In this document: in pieces, positions 7,953-17,291 of the stretch
Position numbering within the stretch: the first letter of the stretch is position 1
How the letters are laid out: each line of letters opens with the position of its first letter
DNA from: an uncultured Coriobacteriaceae bacterium
GTDB taxonomy: Bacteria; Actinomycetota; Coriobacteriia; Coriobacteriales; Coriobacteriaceae
Assembly: GCA_944322175.1 (NCBI GenBank)
Contig: CALUOB010000002.1
Location: 29,078-93,077, forward strand
Length of the DNA stretch: 64,000 bases
Direction: 5' to 3'
Program-made: the position numbers and the translations under genes
The notes under the pieces: model-generated
What the model was told of the DNA's origin: nothing
The model's input: only the letters and a program-made list of their open reading frames with translations
The model's database searches: none

Positions 7953-9233
7953 ATGGGAGTGCTGAAGAGAGTCGGGTGGCTTGCGCTGACCCTGCTCGTG
8001 CCGTGCGTGTTCGTGGCGCTTCAGCTTGTGGCGGCGGTGGCGTTCTCGGTTGAAGCTGCGGTGGCGGCGAGCGGTGATGCGGCAGCGGCGGAGGAGCTGT
8101 ACATGGGCAGCCTGTCGTCGGTTCTGCTCATGGCGCAGATCATGACGCTTGCCGTGGCGTATCCGTGGTGGCGGTGCCTCAAGAGGCGCCGACGCGTAGC
8201 GCACAACGCGGCTGATGCGTCTGGTCGGCAGCTGACGGTTGCCGATTCTTCAGCTGTGGCAGCGCCGGGGGCACCCGGACAGATGGGGCACGCGGGCGGC
8301 GTGGTGCCAGGCGATGAAGTCAGCGAGCAGTGCGTTGCCGGGGAGGTCGAGGTTCTCTCGTATGACAGCGCCGAGGGGCCAGGCGGCCGTGGGTCAACCG
8401 TTGCAGACCAGGCGGCAGACCGGGTAGAGAAGAGCATCTGCGCGGCGCCTGGGGGCCAAGCGGTCCAGCAGCCCGCATCTGCGCTCAACGAGGCGGCGCC
8501 GAGTGCAGCGTCTGCAAGGTTGCCGCAGACCTGCCCGTCTCATGAAGCGGCGCAGAGAGACCCGGATCCGTTGCCCGCGCTTACCCCGGTGCCGGCTCCG
8601 GAACAGGGCATGGCACTGCGGTCGATGGCTGCGTCCGCTGCTGCGGCATACGTCTTGCCCGACGAGTTCTCCCCAAGGCCGGTGAGCCCGCGCAACAAGG
8701 CGGGCCTCATCATGCTCGGGCTGGGCGTGCAGCTGACGGTTTCGGTGGCGTTGTCGTTTGCGTTCGCGCTGCTCCCGCAGCTGGAACAGGAGTATACGGA
8801 GGTCATGAACGCTGGGGATCTCGGCACCGTTGCCCTGCTGCCCATTTTGGCAACGGCCCTCGGCGCGCCCGTGGTGGAGGAGGTTCTCTGCCGCGGGGTG
8901 GCCTTTGCGTGCGCACGTCGGGCGCTGCCGCGCGTGTGGATGGCAAACGTGCTGCAGGCGCTGCTCTTTGCGGTGCTGCACGGCAATATCACGCAGGGCG
9001 CGTACGCGTTTGCGATCGGCCTTGTGCTCGGCGGCGTATGGTTGCGCTACCGACGTCTCGGCTGCTGCGTTGCCGTTCACTTTGCCGTAAACGCCTCGTC
9101 CTACATCATGGAAGTGTTGCCGTTCTCGCTGCCCGCGCTCATGGCCGCCGGCGTAGGATTGCTCGTTGCGGGCTGGATTTGGACCGGGACGGGGGAGCGG
9201 CCGCGGGCTGCTTGCCAGGATCAGGCTTCGTAG
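7953..9233 (+). CDS. CPBP family intramembrane glutamic endopeptidase (CAAX protease-like) with a long low-complexity loop
   Basis: Carries the signature motifs EEVLCRG (EExxxR), FAVLHGN (FxxxH) and HFAVNA (HxxxN) in the C-terminal TM bundle. About 190 aa of Ala/Pro/Ser-rich sequence lies between the first TM pair and the catalytic core. Confidence 0.8.
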   Translation: MGVLKRVGWLALTLLVPCVFVALQLVAAVAFSVEAAVAASGDAAAAEELYMGSLSSVLLMAQIMTLAVAYPWWRCLKRRRRVAHNAADASGRQLTVADSSAVAAPGAPGQMGHAGGVVPGDEVSEQCVAGEVEVLSYDSAEGPGGRGSTVADQAADRVEKSICAAPGGQAVQQPASALNEAAPSAASARLPQTCPSHEAAQRDPDPLPALTPVPAPEQGMALRSMAASAAAAYVLPDEFSPRPVSPRNKAGLIMLGLGVQLTVSVALSFAFALLPQLEQEYTEVMNAGDLGTVALLPILATALGAPVVEEVLCRGVAFACARRALPRVWMANVLQALLFAVLHGNITQGAYAFAIGLVLGGVWLRYRRLGCCVAVHFAVNASSYIMEVLPFSLPALMAAGVGLLVAGWIWTGTGERPRAACQDQAS

Positions 9234-9297
9234 CGATCGCGCCGCTTTGCTTTGTTCGGTGTTGGGGAGAGGTCTCTCTGTACGATGGCCAAAGTCT

Positions 9298-9687
9298 TTA
9301 AGAGGCGAGTTCGAGGTTATCGATCTTCCGGTCATGTGCGTTAGCCGGGCTTGTCTCGGACTCTGAGACCGGAGCTGCTGCAACAGCGGCTTCCGTTCGC
9401 GGTTCTGGGAAATAGGAGAATCCTTGGTCAAAACGAATCCCCAGCGCTGCTTCGATCTTTGCAAGCGTTTTGAGCGTCATGCCCGGATCACCCTTGATGA
9501 TCTGGCTTACCCTGCCCGGTGTTACGCCCAAGACGTCGGCAAAACGCTTCTTGCTCATGCCGAGTTCATTAAGTCGTGCGTAGATTGACCCGGAGATGTC
9601 CATGGCATGGTCCCACGCGAGATCAGCGGGATCGGGAGCCACATCTTCCAGATACGACATATCGGCTCCCTGTTCAAAATCGTTCAT
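9298..9687 (-). CDS. XRE-family helix-turn-helix protein, probable HigA-like antitoxin
   Basis: LGMSKKRFADVLGVTPGRVSQIIKGDPGMTLKTLAKIEAALGI is a classic Cro/C1 HTH. It overlaps the upstream small toxin-like ORF by 14 nt. Confidence 0.7.
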   Translation of the reverse strand: MNDFEQGADMSYLEDVAPDPADLAWDHAMDISGSIYARLNELGMSKKRFADVLGVTPGRVSQIIKGDPGMTLKTLAKIEAALGIRFDQGFSYFPEPRTEAAVAAAPVSESETSPANAHDRKIDNLELAS

Positions 9688-10075
9688 TCAGCCTCCTTAT
9701 ATCGTTCGAGAAGTCGTAATGTTCGCAGCACTCTCGGGCAATTGTCGCGAGTTCGAGCGCGTGTTCAATATGCCGTCTAGGGAGGTTGCTTTGCGAGCCT
9801 TGGTGAGTGTCGAAGTCGAACAAATAGATCGGTATTTCATTCAAGTGGAGGTACGCGGCAATTCTGGTCAACCCACCCTTTATGCGAACCTCAAATTTGG
9901 CGAGTTTTCCCTTGCCAAGGACGAGCCTCTTCATAGTCTCGCTTGCGAAAGCCCATGCGCACCCTCGGTCAATAATGCGCCTGACAGTCACCGCGATGCG
10001 TTGTGCGCGCTTGGGATCTTTTGCCAGACAACGATCCATAAAGTCCTTGCCGCTCGGATTGCCTAGCGCATACAT
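9674..10075 (-). CDS. RelE/ParE-superfamily toxin, HigB / phage Gp49-like
   Basis: 133 aa. KLAKFEVRIKGGLTRIAAYLHLNEIPIYLFDFDTHQGSQSNLPRRHIEHALELA parallels the Gp49/HigB core (l-y-E-l-R-i-...-y-R-i-f-y-...-i-v-l-l-h-g-F-x-K-k-t-q-k-t-p-...-i-e-x-A). The toxin-first order with a following XRE antitoxin is the HigBA arrangement. Confidence 0.55.
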   Translation of the reverse strand: MYALGNPSGKDFMDRCLAKDPKRAQRIAVTVRRIIDRGCAWAFASETMKRLVLGKGKLAKFEVRIKGGLTRIAAYLHLNEIPIYLFDFDTHQGSQSNLPRRHIEHALELATIARECCEHYDFSNDIRRLNERF

Positions 10076-10446
10076 CCACGCAGTATGTTCGCCGTCGAGA
10101 TAATGCCTTCGTATCGCCCATGTATTACGCAGCCCTTCCTCCTCTCTTATAATACTTTAGACATAGCTAAAATTGAAGGGAATGGTTTGAACAATGACTG
10201 AAGATCAGTGTTGTGATGACTCAGCCGTAATGGATAAGGCTTGCTGCCTGCGCCCTTAGGATGGCATTCAGTGCGGACACCTACATCTTTTGTGTAAAAG
10301 CGACAGGCAAAAAGCGAGTCGTTGCTGGGGTGGGGTGCTTACGAGGCATTTGGAAATGCTTCGAGTGGGACTTGCTTGCTGATTGACTTTCGACGCTTTC
10401 TGCACGTCTATCGGTCGATAACGGGGCGTTGGCTGATGTAGAGCAG

Positions 10447-10487
10447 CAACGCCGAGAAGGTCAGCGGCCCTTCTCGGCGTTGTTTTG
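10447..10487 (+). terminator. Strong stem-loop (14-bp perfect stem) with a T-tract on the + strand
   Basis: caacgccgagaagg (10447-10460) pairs with ccttctcggcgttg (10469-10482), with an 8-nt loop, followed by ttttg. No annotated + strand gene lies upstream. It may also serve as a hairpin terminator for the minus-strand amidohydrolase gene (stop at 10568). Confidence 0.7.
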
Positions 10488-10567
10488 CTGAATGCTTTAA
10501 TCGAAGTCGTGTCGCATAGGGCGCCGGTTGCTCGGGCGTTCCGTAGACGATAGCTCTCAGGTATGGA

Positions 10568-12205
10568 TCAGGCGCTGGCCTTATCCCAGACAACCGTCCC
10601 CTCTTTGATCGTTTTAAGGGTCTGAATAGTTCGGATCTCGTCCGCAGGTACTTCAAGCGGATTACGATCCAGGACTGCCAGATCGGCGAGCTTGCCCACT
10701 TCAAGCGTGCCCTTGCGATCCTCTTCGCCATACTGATACGCAGCATTTGCCGTAACACCAAGCAGAGCATCGTAGGCGCTCACGCACAGGGAGCTGTCAA
10801 GTTGAACGCCGTTCTTGGTGCGACGGTTTACCGCACTCCAGACCGACAGCATCATGTCGTTCGGGACGATGGGGGTGTCGTTGTGCAGGGTAAAGCGCAG
10901 GCCGCGATCCTTTGCCCAAGCACACGCAGAGATCTGCGATCCGCGTTCTTTGCCGAAGTTCTTAAGGTGTACATCGCCCCAGTACCAGATGTGACTCGAG
11001 AAAATCGAGGGTATCATGCCCAGTTCTGCCATCTGGTCATACTGGTCTTCACGTGCGGTTTGGCAATGGATCATAACGGGTCGCAGAAGGTGCTTATCAG
11101 GGTTGGGGGAGTCGTTCAGCGCTTTTCGGTAGCACCGAAGCAGCTGATCAGCCGCGGCGTCTCCGTTGCAATGCGTGAGAAGCTGATGGTTAGTGTCGAT
11201 GGCTTGGCGGCATACTCCGTATACCATGTCGTCGTTCATGGCTCCAAAGCCACAGTAGTTGGGATCGGCGTCCGGCCCATCGGGAAGGTAAGGCTTCGAC
11301 ATCCAGGCTGTCCGACCCTGAGGAGAGCCGTCAAGAATCATTTTGTGTCCGCCTATGCGCAGCCTTCCCTTGTAAGTTGACGCATCGTACTCTGGGTTCT
11401 GCTCGCACGTGCGTTGGGCCGACAGCCCCATTGCCGTTACCGGGTATGCGACCACGTCTAGCGCCAGTCTGTTTGCGCTGTCGCCCCACCTGAGGAGCGC
11501 CTCCCATGCATCGCCGCCCGAAGCTCCGTCCTGGCACGTGGTAATGCCATATCTGAGATACAGATCTTGCATTCCGTCGAGCAGGCGATCGTAGTCGATC
11601 GAGAAGCGCGGTGCTATTACGCGCGCGCTGATAGGCGCAAGTGCTGCGGGTTCTTCCCAGGGGCCGGCTGGGGCTCCTTGAGCGTTCCGTACGTAATGAC
11701 CGCCTTCGGGGTCGGGCGTCTCTTGGAAGATGCCCGCGAGCTGATAGGCGAGGGTGTTGGCAGACCCTAAATGCCCCGAGACGTGGTTGATGACGACAGG
11801 GATGTTAGAGGAAACGGTATCGAGTTCGCTGGCAAGAGGATGTCTGCCTTCTTGAAGGGCGTTTTGGTCGTACCCCATACCGACGGCAACGCCGTCTGGA
11901 CCGATGCCCTGAGCCTCAATCCCGTGGCGCATCAGGTCGAGAAGCTCAGGAATGTTGCGTGCGCTGCCGAGCTGGATGTAGGCGAGGGCCTGTGCGGTCA
12001 TCGTGAAGTGGCTATGCGGGTCAATGAAGCCAGGGAGGACGGTTGCACCGTCAAGGTCAACGAATTCTGCCTCGGGCGCAATGGTCTTTGCGTCTTCTAG
12101 GCTTCCGCAGAAAACGATTGTGCCCGAATCGTCAGATACAAGAGCTTCGGCACGATCGGATTCTGAGGTCATGGGGACGAACGTCGCATTAAAGAAGAGT
12201 TTCAT
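10568..12205 (-). CDS. Amidohydrolase-family (Amidohydro_3 / YtcJ-like) metal-dependent hydrolase
   Basis: 545 aa. N-terminal LPGFIDPHSHF (HxH metal site), HCNGDAA, and C-terminal GTLEVGKLADLAVLDRNPL, all typical of this family. Confidence 0.8.
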   Translation of the reverse strand: MKLFFNATFVPMTSESDRAEALVSDDSGTIVFCGSLEDAKTIAPEAEFVDLDGATVLPGFIDPHSHFTMTAQALAYIQLGSARNIPELLDLMRHGIEAQGIGPDGVAVGMGYDQNALQEGRHPLASELDTVSSNIPVVINHVSGHLGSANTLAYQLAGIFQETPDPEGGHYVRNAQGAPAGPWEEPAALAPISARVIAPRFSIDYDRLLDGMQDLYLRYGITTCQDGASGGDAWEALLRWGDSANRLALDVVAYPVTAMGLSAQRTCEQNPEYDASTYKGRLRIGGHKMILDGSPQGRTAWMSKPYLPDGPDADPNYCGFGAMNDDMVYGVCRQAIDTNHQLLTHCNGDAAADQLLRCYRKALNDSPNPDKHLLRPVMIHCQTAREDQYDQMAELGMIPSIFSSHIWYWGDVHLKNFGKERGSQISACAWAKDRGLRFTLHNDTPIVPNDMMLSVWSAVNRRTKNGVQLDSSLCVSAYDALLGVTANAAYQYGEEDRKGTLEVGKLADLAVLDRNPLEVPADEIRTIQTLKTIKEGTVVWDKASA

Positions 12206-12253
12206 TTCAAGCTCCTGATTGATAAAGTCACTGCTGATAAGGTGCGAAAGCGC

Positions 12254-13891
12254 TTACTTCGCGCTCGAGCGATCCTTGGTTACCAGTCTCGTTGTCAGAG
12301 AACCGGCGAGGCAAATGCAGAACGATGTTGCCATGGCAGCCCTAATGCCGTCCACGCGCGCCTGTTGGTACAGCGAGGTGGCTTCCGAAGTCGCTTCTTC
12401 CGAAACGCCGGTTCCCTCCCAGCGCTTTTGGAAACTGTTGTCGCTTTCAAGCTGGAGGGGCGTAGCTAAGACCGTTTGCGAGGCCTCAGACGTTACTCCT
12501 TCGATGCGGGGGAGTTCGGTTTCCATGGCCCCTGAAATCCAGGACAGCATAATGGTTCCCAACAGCGCGACGGCGATTGCCTGACCCGTATTGCGGCACG
12601 TTGCCTGGACACCTCCGGACTGGGCTGCGTTTCGCTCATCGAGCGCAAGGGAGATAATGGGGCCTGCCTGTGAGGCTACGGCGCCGGCGCCAAAGCCCGC
12701 AAGTGCAAATCCTGCCACCATGAGGGGCAACCTGAGCCCTCCCGGCACAAAGGACAGCGCCAGCAGCACGATCGATGCAAGCACGACTAGGTAGCCGACG
12801 AGAAGGACCGTCTTGTGCTTCACGGTGGGGAATACGCGCGCAATGCCCAGAGATGCGGCGAACATGGTAATGCCGTACACGATTGAGACGACGCTCGTGG
12901 TCAGAGCCGACATGCCCATGACTACCTGCAGGTACGGCGTGACCAAGATAATCTGCATGCCCATAAAGAAGAAGCTTACCGTGCAAGCGCAAAGTCCAGT
13001 GAGGACCTGTGGCTCACGCAGAAAGGCGCTCGGCAGGAGGCAGCCGCCGTGGCTCTTTTCGATGTCCCTTTCGACACGGACGAGCGCGGCAAGCAAAATG
13101 ACACCGAGGACGATGAGGAGAGGCGCGGGGGAGATTCCCGCAATGGAGAACGGTGCTGCGGAGGTCGCGATAAACAGACCCCAACTTGTGATGTTGGAAA
13201 GGCCGACGATGAGGAAGAAGAGACCGCTCGCAGCAAGGCCGGCGCCAATGCCGTCGAAGCGCATGCTCTGCGCGTCGGAATTGATGGCGGGAAGTTTGAA
13301 TGAGCCGAGGAGAACGACCAGAAAATAGGTTCCGAGTACGCCAAAGGTGAAGCGGAAACCGGTAACATCGAGAAGAATTCCCAGAACGATGGGGAATACG
13401 ATGGAGATTCCCGAAGCGGAGGCAACGCCGCCATATGCGATAGCGCGATGCTGCTCAGAATGCCAGATCTTGGGAACAAGGCCGAGCATGGAAGGGATGA
13501 GAAGGCTTGCCCCGAGACCTACGAGCAATCGGCCGCACCACGTGAGAACAAACATATTTGGGGCAAAGGCAGCGGCAAACTCGCCAATCGCCGCAAGCGC
13601 CGCGCCGATGCGGAAGTTTCGTTTCCAACCGAGGATAGTTCCCAGCATGCCGCCTACGATCATACATGCTCCTGCTACGAGCGAGTACACCGTATTGAGC
13701 ATCTGGATCTCTGACGTGCTGGCTCCAAGCGCGGTGGTGATTGCACCCGTTGCGATCGACAACGTTCCGTTGTCGCCCGAGGTGCCAATCTGGGCTGCCA
13801 TAAGTAGGACGAGGGGAAGGGCATAAAACTTCTTGTTTCCGCCGGGATCGAGTTGCTGGGACGCTACTGCTTCCTTCATGGGCTGCTCCAT
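12254..13891 (-). CDS. MFS transporter, 14-TM drug:H+ antiporter (DHA2)-like
   Basis: 545 aa, hydrophobic throughout with about 14 predicted helices. GGMLGTILGWKRNFRIG resembles MFS motif A. The start may be the internal Met at codon 5. Confidence 0.75.
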   Translation of the reverse strand: MEQPMKEAVASQQLDPGGNKKFYALPLVLLMAAQIGTSGDNGTLSIATGAITTALGASTSEIQMLNTVYSLVAGACMIVGGMLGTILGWKRNFRIGAALAAIGEFAAAFAPNMFVLTWCGRLLVGLGASLLIPSMLGLVPKIWHSEQHRAIAYGGVASASGISIVFPIVLGILLDVTGFRFTFGVLGTYFLVVLLGSFKLPAINSDAQSMRFDGIGAGLAASGLFFLIVGLSNITSWGLFIATSAAPFSIAGISPAPLLIVLGVILLAALVRVERDIEKSHGGCLLPSAFLREPQVLTGLCACTVSFFFMGMQIILVTPYLQVVMGMSALTTSVVSIVYGITMFAASLGIARVFPTVKHKTVLLVGYLVVLASIVLLALSFVPGGLRLPLMVAGFALAGFGAGAVASQAGPIISLALDERNAAQSGGVQATCRNTGQAIAVALLGTIMLSWISGAMETELPRIEGVTSEASQTVLATPLQLESDNSFQKRWEGTGVSEEATSEATSLYQQARVDGIRAAMATSFCICLAGSLTTRLVTKDRSSAK

Positions 13892-14140
13892 TCCGCATAT
13901 GGCGCCCGATGCATTCGGACGATGTTATTACTGGACACAACTATCTATAGTAACCAGCAATGTCGATTGGCGCCTGAAAAAGCGATCAGGTCTGTTTGCT
14001 GTAAACGGCCACATGCAACAATGTTGGCCCGTTCCAGCACTGTCGAGCATATTCGTGCACGATTAGGTGGTCGTATTCTGCCTGTGCGGATAAAACTACT
14101 ATAGTTAAGCGGTGCAAGAGCAATAATAGGCTGGGAGCGT

Positions 14141-15259
14141 ATGAGCGAGAATAAGAAGATCAGGGGAGCAGAGCGCATTGTAAAGGGCTGGCGCGCTATG
14201 GGATGGAAGCCCTGGCGACCTTTGGTGGGTGTATGGCGTCCGGGCGCAAGTCCCAACGAGGTGGCAAAAGCGCTGGCCATGATGGGGCCGAGCCAGAAGC
14301 TCGGCGTGATTTATCTGCCCAAGGGGGTTAAGGTTCGCAAAGGGCGCGTGACCGGTTTTATGCTCAAGCCCGGTACCGACACCTGGCAGCGCGTTATCAC
14401 GCGTGTGCCCGACATCATCGACACATCCAATTTGTGCTGGAAGCACAACAAGCCCGCCCTCGAATACTTCGAGGAGCATTGCTGGTGCTCGAATCTTAGA
14501 AAGAATCGCATCAACAAGCGACGTTTGCAAGATCTTATGCGCAAGGATGAGGCGGTGTCTCGCTACGCTATCCCGTCAGAAACAATCAAGACTGCGCGTC
14601 AGTTTGAGCGCTTTGTGCACAAGCACAGAGACGTCGTTGCTAAGCCGATCTTCTCGCAGCGCGGCTTGGGCGTCCATCGCGTTCGCCTCATAAGCGAGAA
14701 GAACGGTGAGACGGCCTATTTGGTTGGCTTCAAAACGTCCGAGCGCCGTCTGACGTCCGAAGAATTCGAGCGCTACACCCAAAAGCATTTTATCAAGCCT
14801 GCGCATGTGGCCCAGAAGTACGTGTCCTCTCGTTCTGCTGCTGGAGATCCCTTCGACTGCCGCGTTCATGTAGAGAAAAACGGCAGAGGGGAGTGGGAGA
14901 TCGCCTCGATGCTGGTGCGTATTGGTATCGGCCAGACGATTATCTCCAACATCAATCAGGGCGGTGGAATGGCGGAGATCGAGCCGTTCCTCAAGGCAAA
15001 TCGTCCAGATAATTGGCAGCAGATCCTGCGCGACCTCAAGAGCATGGCGAAAATCGTTCCCTCGTGGTTTGAAAGCAAGCGCGGCGTCGAGATGATGACT
15101 CTCGGAATCGATACGGCTATCACCGACGAAGGCGACCTGCATATCTTTGAGATCAACAGCCTGCCGTTTACCGATTTCAATTTGGGCCAAGTTGCGATCA
15201 GGCGTGTTGCGTACTATCGCTGGCTTGCTGACAACCGCGTGAGAACGCATCGCAAGTAG
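14141..15259 (+). CDS. YheC/YheD-family ATP-grasp ligase
   Basis: 372 aa. VVAKPIFSQRGLGVHRV, DCRVHVEKNGRGEWEI, ISNINQGGG and DLHIFEINSLP (the E-x-N Mg site) follow the YheC/D ATP-grasp layout. Confidence 0.65.
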   Translation: MSENKKIRGAERIVKGWRAMGWKPWRPLVGVWRPGASPNEVAKALAMMGPSQKLGVIYLPKGVKVRKGRVTGFMLKPGTDTWQRVITRVPDIIDTSNLCWKHNKPALEYFEEHCWCSNLRKNRINKRRLQDLMRKDEAVSRYAIPSETIKTARQFERFVHKHRDVVAKPIFSQRGLGVHRVRLISEKNGETAYLVGFKTSERRLTSEEFERYTQKHFIKPAHVAQKYVSSRSAAGDPFDCRVHVEKNGRGEWEIASMLVRIGIGQTIISNINQGGGMAEIEPFLKANRPDNWQQILRDLKSMAKIVPSWFESKRGVEMMTLGIDTAITDEGDLHIFEINSLPFTDFNLGQVAIRRVAYYRWLADNRVRTHRK

Positions 15260-15310
15260 AAGGTCTTGGCAGGGTTCTTAGTGAAATCATCGAGAGTGAG
15301 AAGAGTGTCG

Positions 15311-17233
15311 ATGACCTCCGAGTACGAATACAAAGCGCCTAGCTATCGTTTGCACGAGCCTCGCATGAGTCCAGAGGATCTTTCTGCTGCACCTGCTCGC
15401 TTCTCTTTCAGCGACGGACGATGGGTTCCTGTGTCTCCATTGCCGGGGGCACGTCCTGGCAGGGCTCGCGTTCTCATAGCCGGAGATTTGCTCTGTCAGG
15501 AGGGTATGACTGAGGCGTTTCGGACTAAGGCGGGTCGCTTTGATTTCTCGTTGTGCTTCGAAGCGGTTCGTCCCGTGCTGCAGGCCGCTGATCTCGTGAT
15601 TGGCAATCTCGAGACGCCGGTCGATGAGTGTGCGCCGTACCGCGGGGAGATTCTCACGCATGAGGGGCCGTTCTTTTGCAACGCCCCGGTAGAGTATCTT
15701 GCTGCGCTTCGTAACGCCGGATTCGATTGCCTTACCACCGCCAACAATCATACGCTTGATGCCGGCGTGCACGGGCTCTTTGAGACCATAGACAATGCAC
15801 GGAGTCTTGGTTTCATCCAGACAGGCACTTTCCGAGAAGGCAACGAGCGTTTTGCAGTTGTGGAAGTCGCAGGCATTACGGTTGGCATTGCGGCGTTTTC
15901 CACGGGTTTTAACCGCATGGATCGCAACCTGCGACAAGAGGCGCGGGAAACTCTCCTCAACATGCTGAGCGTAGACAGGGCGCGTTCGGTACTAGAACGT
16001 ATGCGCGAGAAGGGCGTAGAGGTTGCCCTGTGTATCCCACACTGGGGCACCGAGTATTCAACAAAAGTTGCTGCAAAGCAGCAGGAGCTCGCTCGCAAGC
16101 TTGTTGATATGGGGTACGACGCAATTATCGGAGCTCATCCCCATGTGTTGCAGCCTTTTGAGGTTGTGAGGGGCGTGCCGGTTGCCTACTCGATAGGCAA
16201 CTTTATCTCACATTTAAATCTCAAAGGAGAAGCGCGCAAGGACGCTTCTTACACCGTGCTTGCCGAACTTGAGCTTGAGCGAGGCGCGAACGGAAAGGTT
16301 GCGGTTTCTACCCGCTTTATTCCTTGCTTCATTACGCGCGATGTCGGGGGAGCTCCCTTCGCAGTCATTGCCAAGAGTTCCAACATTGAGATCCCGTCAT
16401 CAATGTCGTCTGATTTTGATGCAATGCTCAAACGCGTTCAGCAGATTATGGGTGCCGGCGGCGACGTGCTTGATCTATCTGCTCCCGTTACCGATGGATG
16501 CGATGTTGGTGGACAGGCATGGCGCAGGCAGGCTGAGAACTTGAATGAGCCGACTGTAGACGAGGAGCTGCTCTTGGCGACTAAGGCAATGAGGAAGGTG
16601 GCTCGGAAGGCGAAGGCGCGCTACAAAGGCAAAGCTGATTACGTGGTTACCAGAAGCGCTGTCTATCGCAAGTTCTCGGACCATGCCGAACTTGTTAGCC
16701 TGTTCAGTTCGAGCAGTGTTATTTCCCTGCCCAGTAGCGTAAGAGGACTTGATGTTACCAGAGTATGCGATAACGCAGCTGATGATGGTATGCCTGCGCG
16801 CGTTATCTATCTAGGCAAACATGTTCGCGAGATCGGAAACAATGCGTTTCGTGGACTTCTGAAGCTGGAGAGTGTCCGCATGTTCACAGAGGTCGAGCGC
16901 ATCGGCGACCGCGCTTTTGCCGACTGTCCAAAGCTCACGGGCGTGATTGTTTCTCAGGGAGTGAAAAGCATTGGTTCCGAGTGCTTTGCTCGCGACGGCG
17001 CGCTCTTGAGTGTAAAGATACCGCCTAGCGTCAGGGAGATCGCAGCAGATGCGTTTAAGGGTAGCGATACTGTGACGGTCTATGGAGAGAAAGGCTCCTT
17101 TGTGGAGCGGTTTGCCAAGAGTTATCGCGTACCGTTCTTCGCCATGCTGTTGCCCCGGAAGCTGGATATTGGGCTTCGAGCCAGAAAGTTTTTTTATCGA
17201 GTTAGGGCAGTGCTACCAGCTCGCGGCAAGTAG
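15311..17233 (+). CDS. CapA/PGA_cap (metallophosphatase-fold capsule-synthesis) domain fused to BspA-type leucine-rich repeats
   Basis: CapA motifs: IAGDLLCQ, GNLETP, TTANNHTLDAG, PHWGTEYS, IGAHPHVLQP, YSIGNFISH. The C-terminus has repeated x-I-G-x-x-A-F-x-x-C units (REIGNNAFRG, ERIGDRAFADC, KSIGSECFARD, REIAADAFKG). Start moved to the ATG at 15311 by analogy with its paralog. No signal peptide seen. Confidence 0.75.
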   Translation: MTSEYEYKAPSYRLHEPRMSPEDLSAAPARFSFSDGRWVPVSPLPGARPGRARVLIAGDLLCQEGMTEAFRTKAGRFDFSLCFEAVRPVLQAADLVIGNLETPVDECAPYRGEILTHEGPFFCNAPVEYLAALRNAGFDCLTTANNHTLDAGVHGLFETIDNARSLGFIQTGTFREGNERFAVVEVAGITVGIAAFSTGFNRMDRNLRQEARETLLNMLSVDRARSVLERMREKGVEVALCIPHWGTEYSTKVAAKQQELARKLVDMGYDAIIGAHPHVLQPFEVVRGVPVAYSIGNFISHLNLKGEARKDASYTVLAELELERGANGKVAVSTRFIPCFITRDVGGAPFAVIAKSSNIEIPSSMSSDFDAMLKRVQQIMGAGGDVLDLSAPVTDGCDVGGQAWRRQAENLNEPTVDEELLLATKAMRKVARKAKARYKGKADYVVTRSAVYRKFSDHAELVSLFSSSSVISLPSSVRGLDVTRVCDNAADDGMPARVIYLGKHVREIGNNAFRGLLKLESVRMFTEVERIGDRAFADCPKLTGVIVSQGVKSIGSECFARDGALLSVKIPPSVREIAADAFKGSDTVTVYGEKGSFVERFAKSYRVPFFAMLLPRKLDIGLRARKFFYRVRAVLPARGK

Positions 17234-17291
17234 AGTCTTGCCGCGAGCTTTCCGTTGGTAATCGCGCCTCTGTCGTTAGCAGGGCGCTTGT

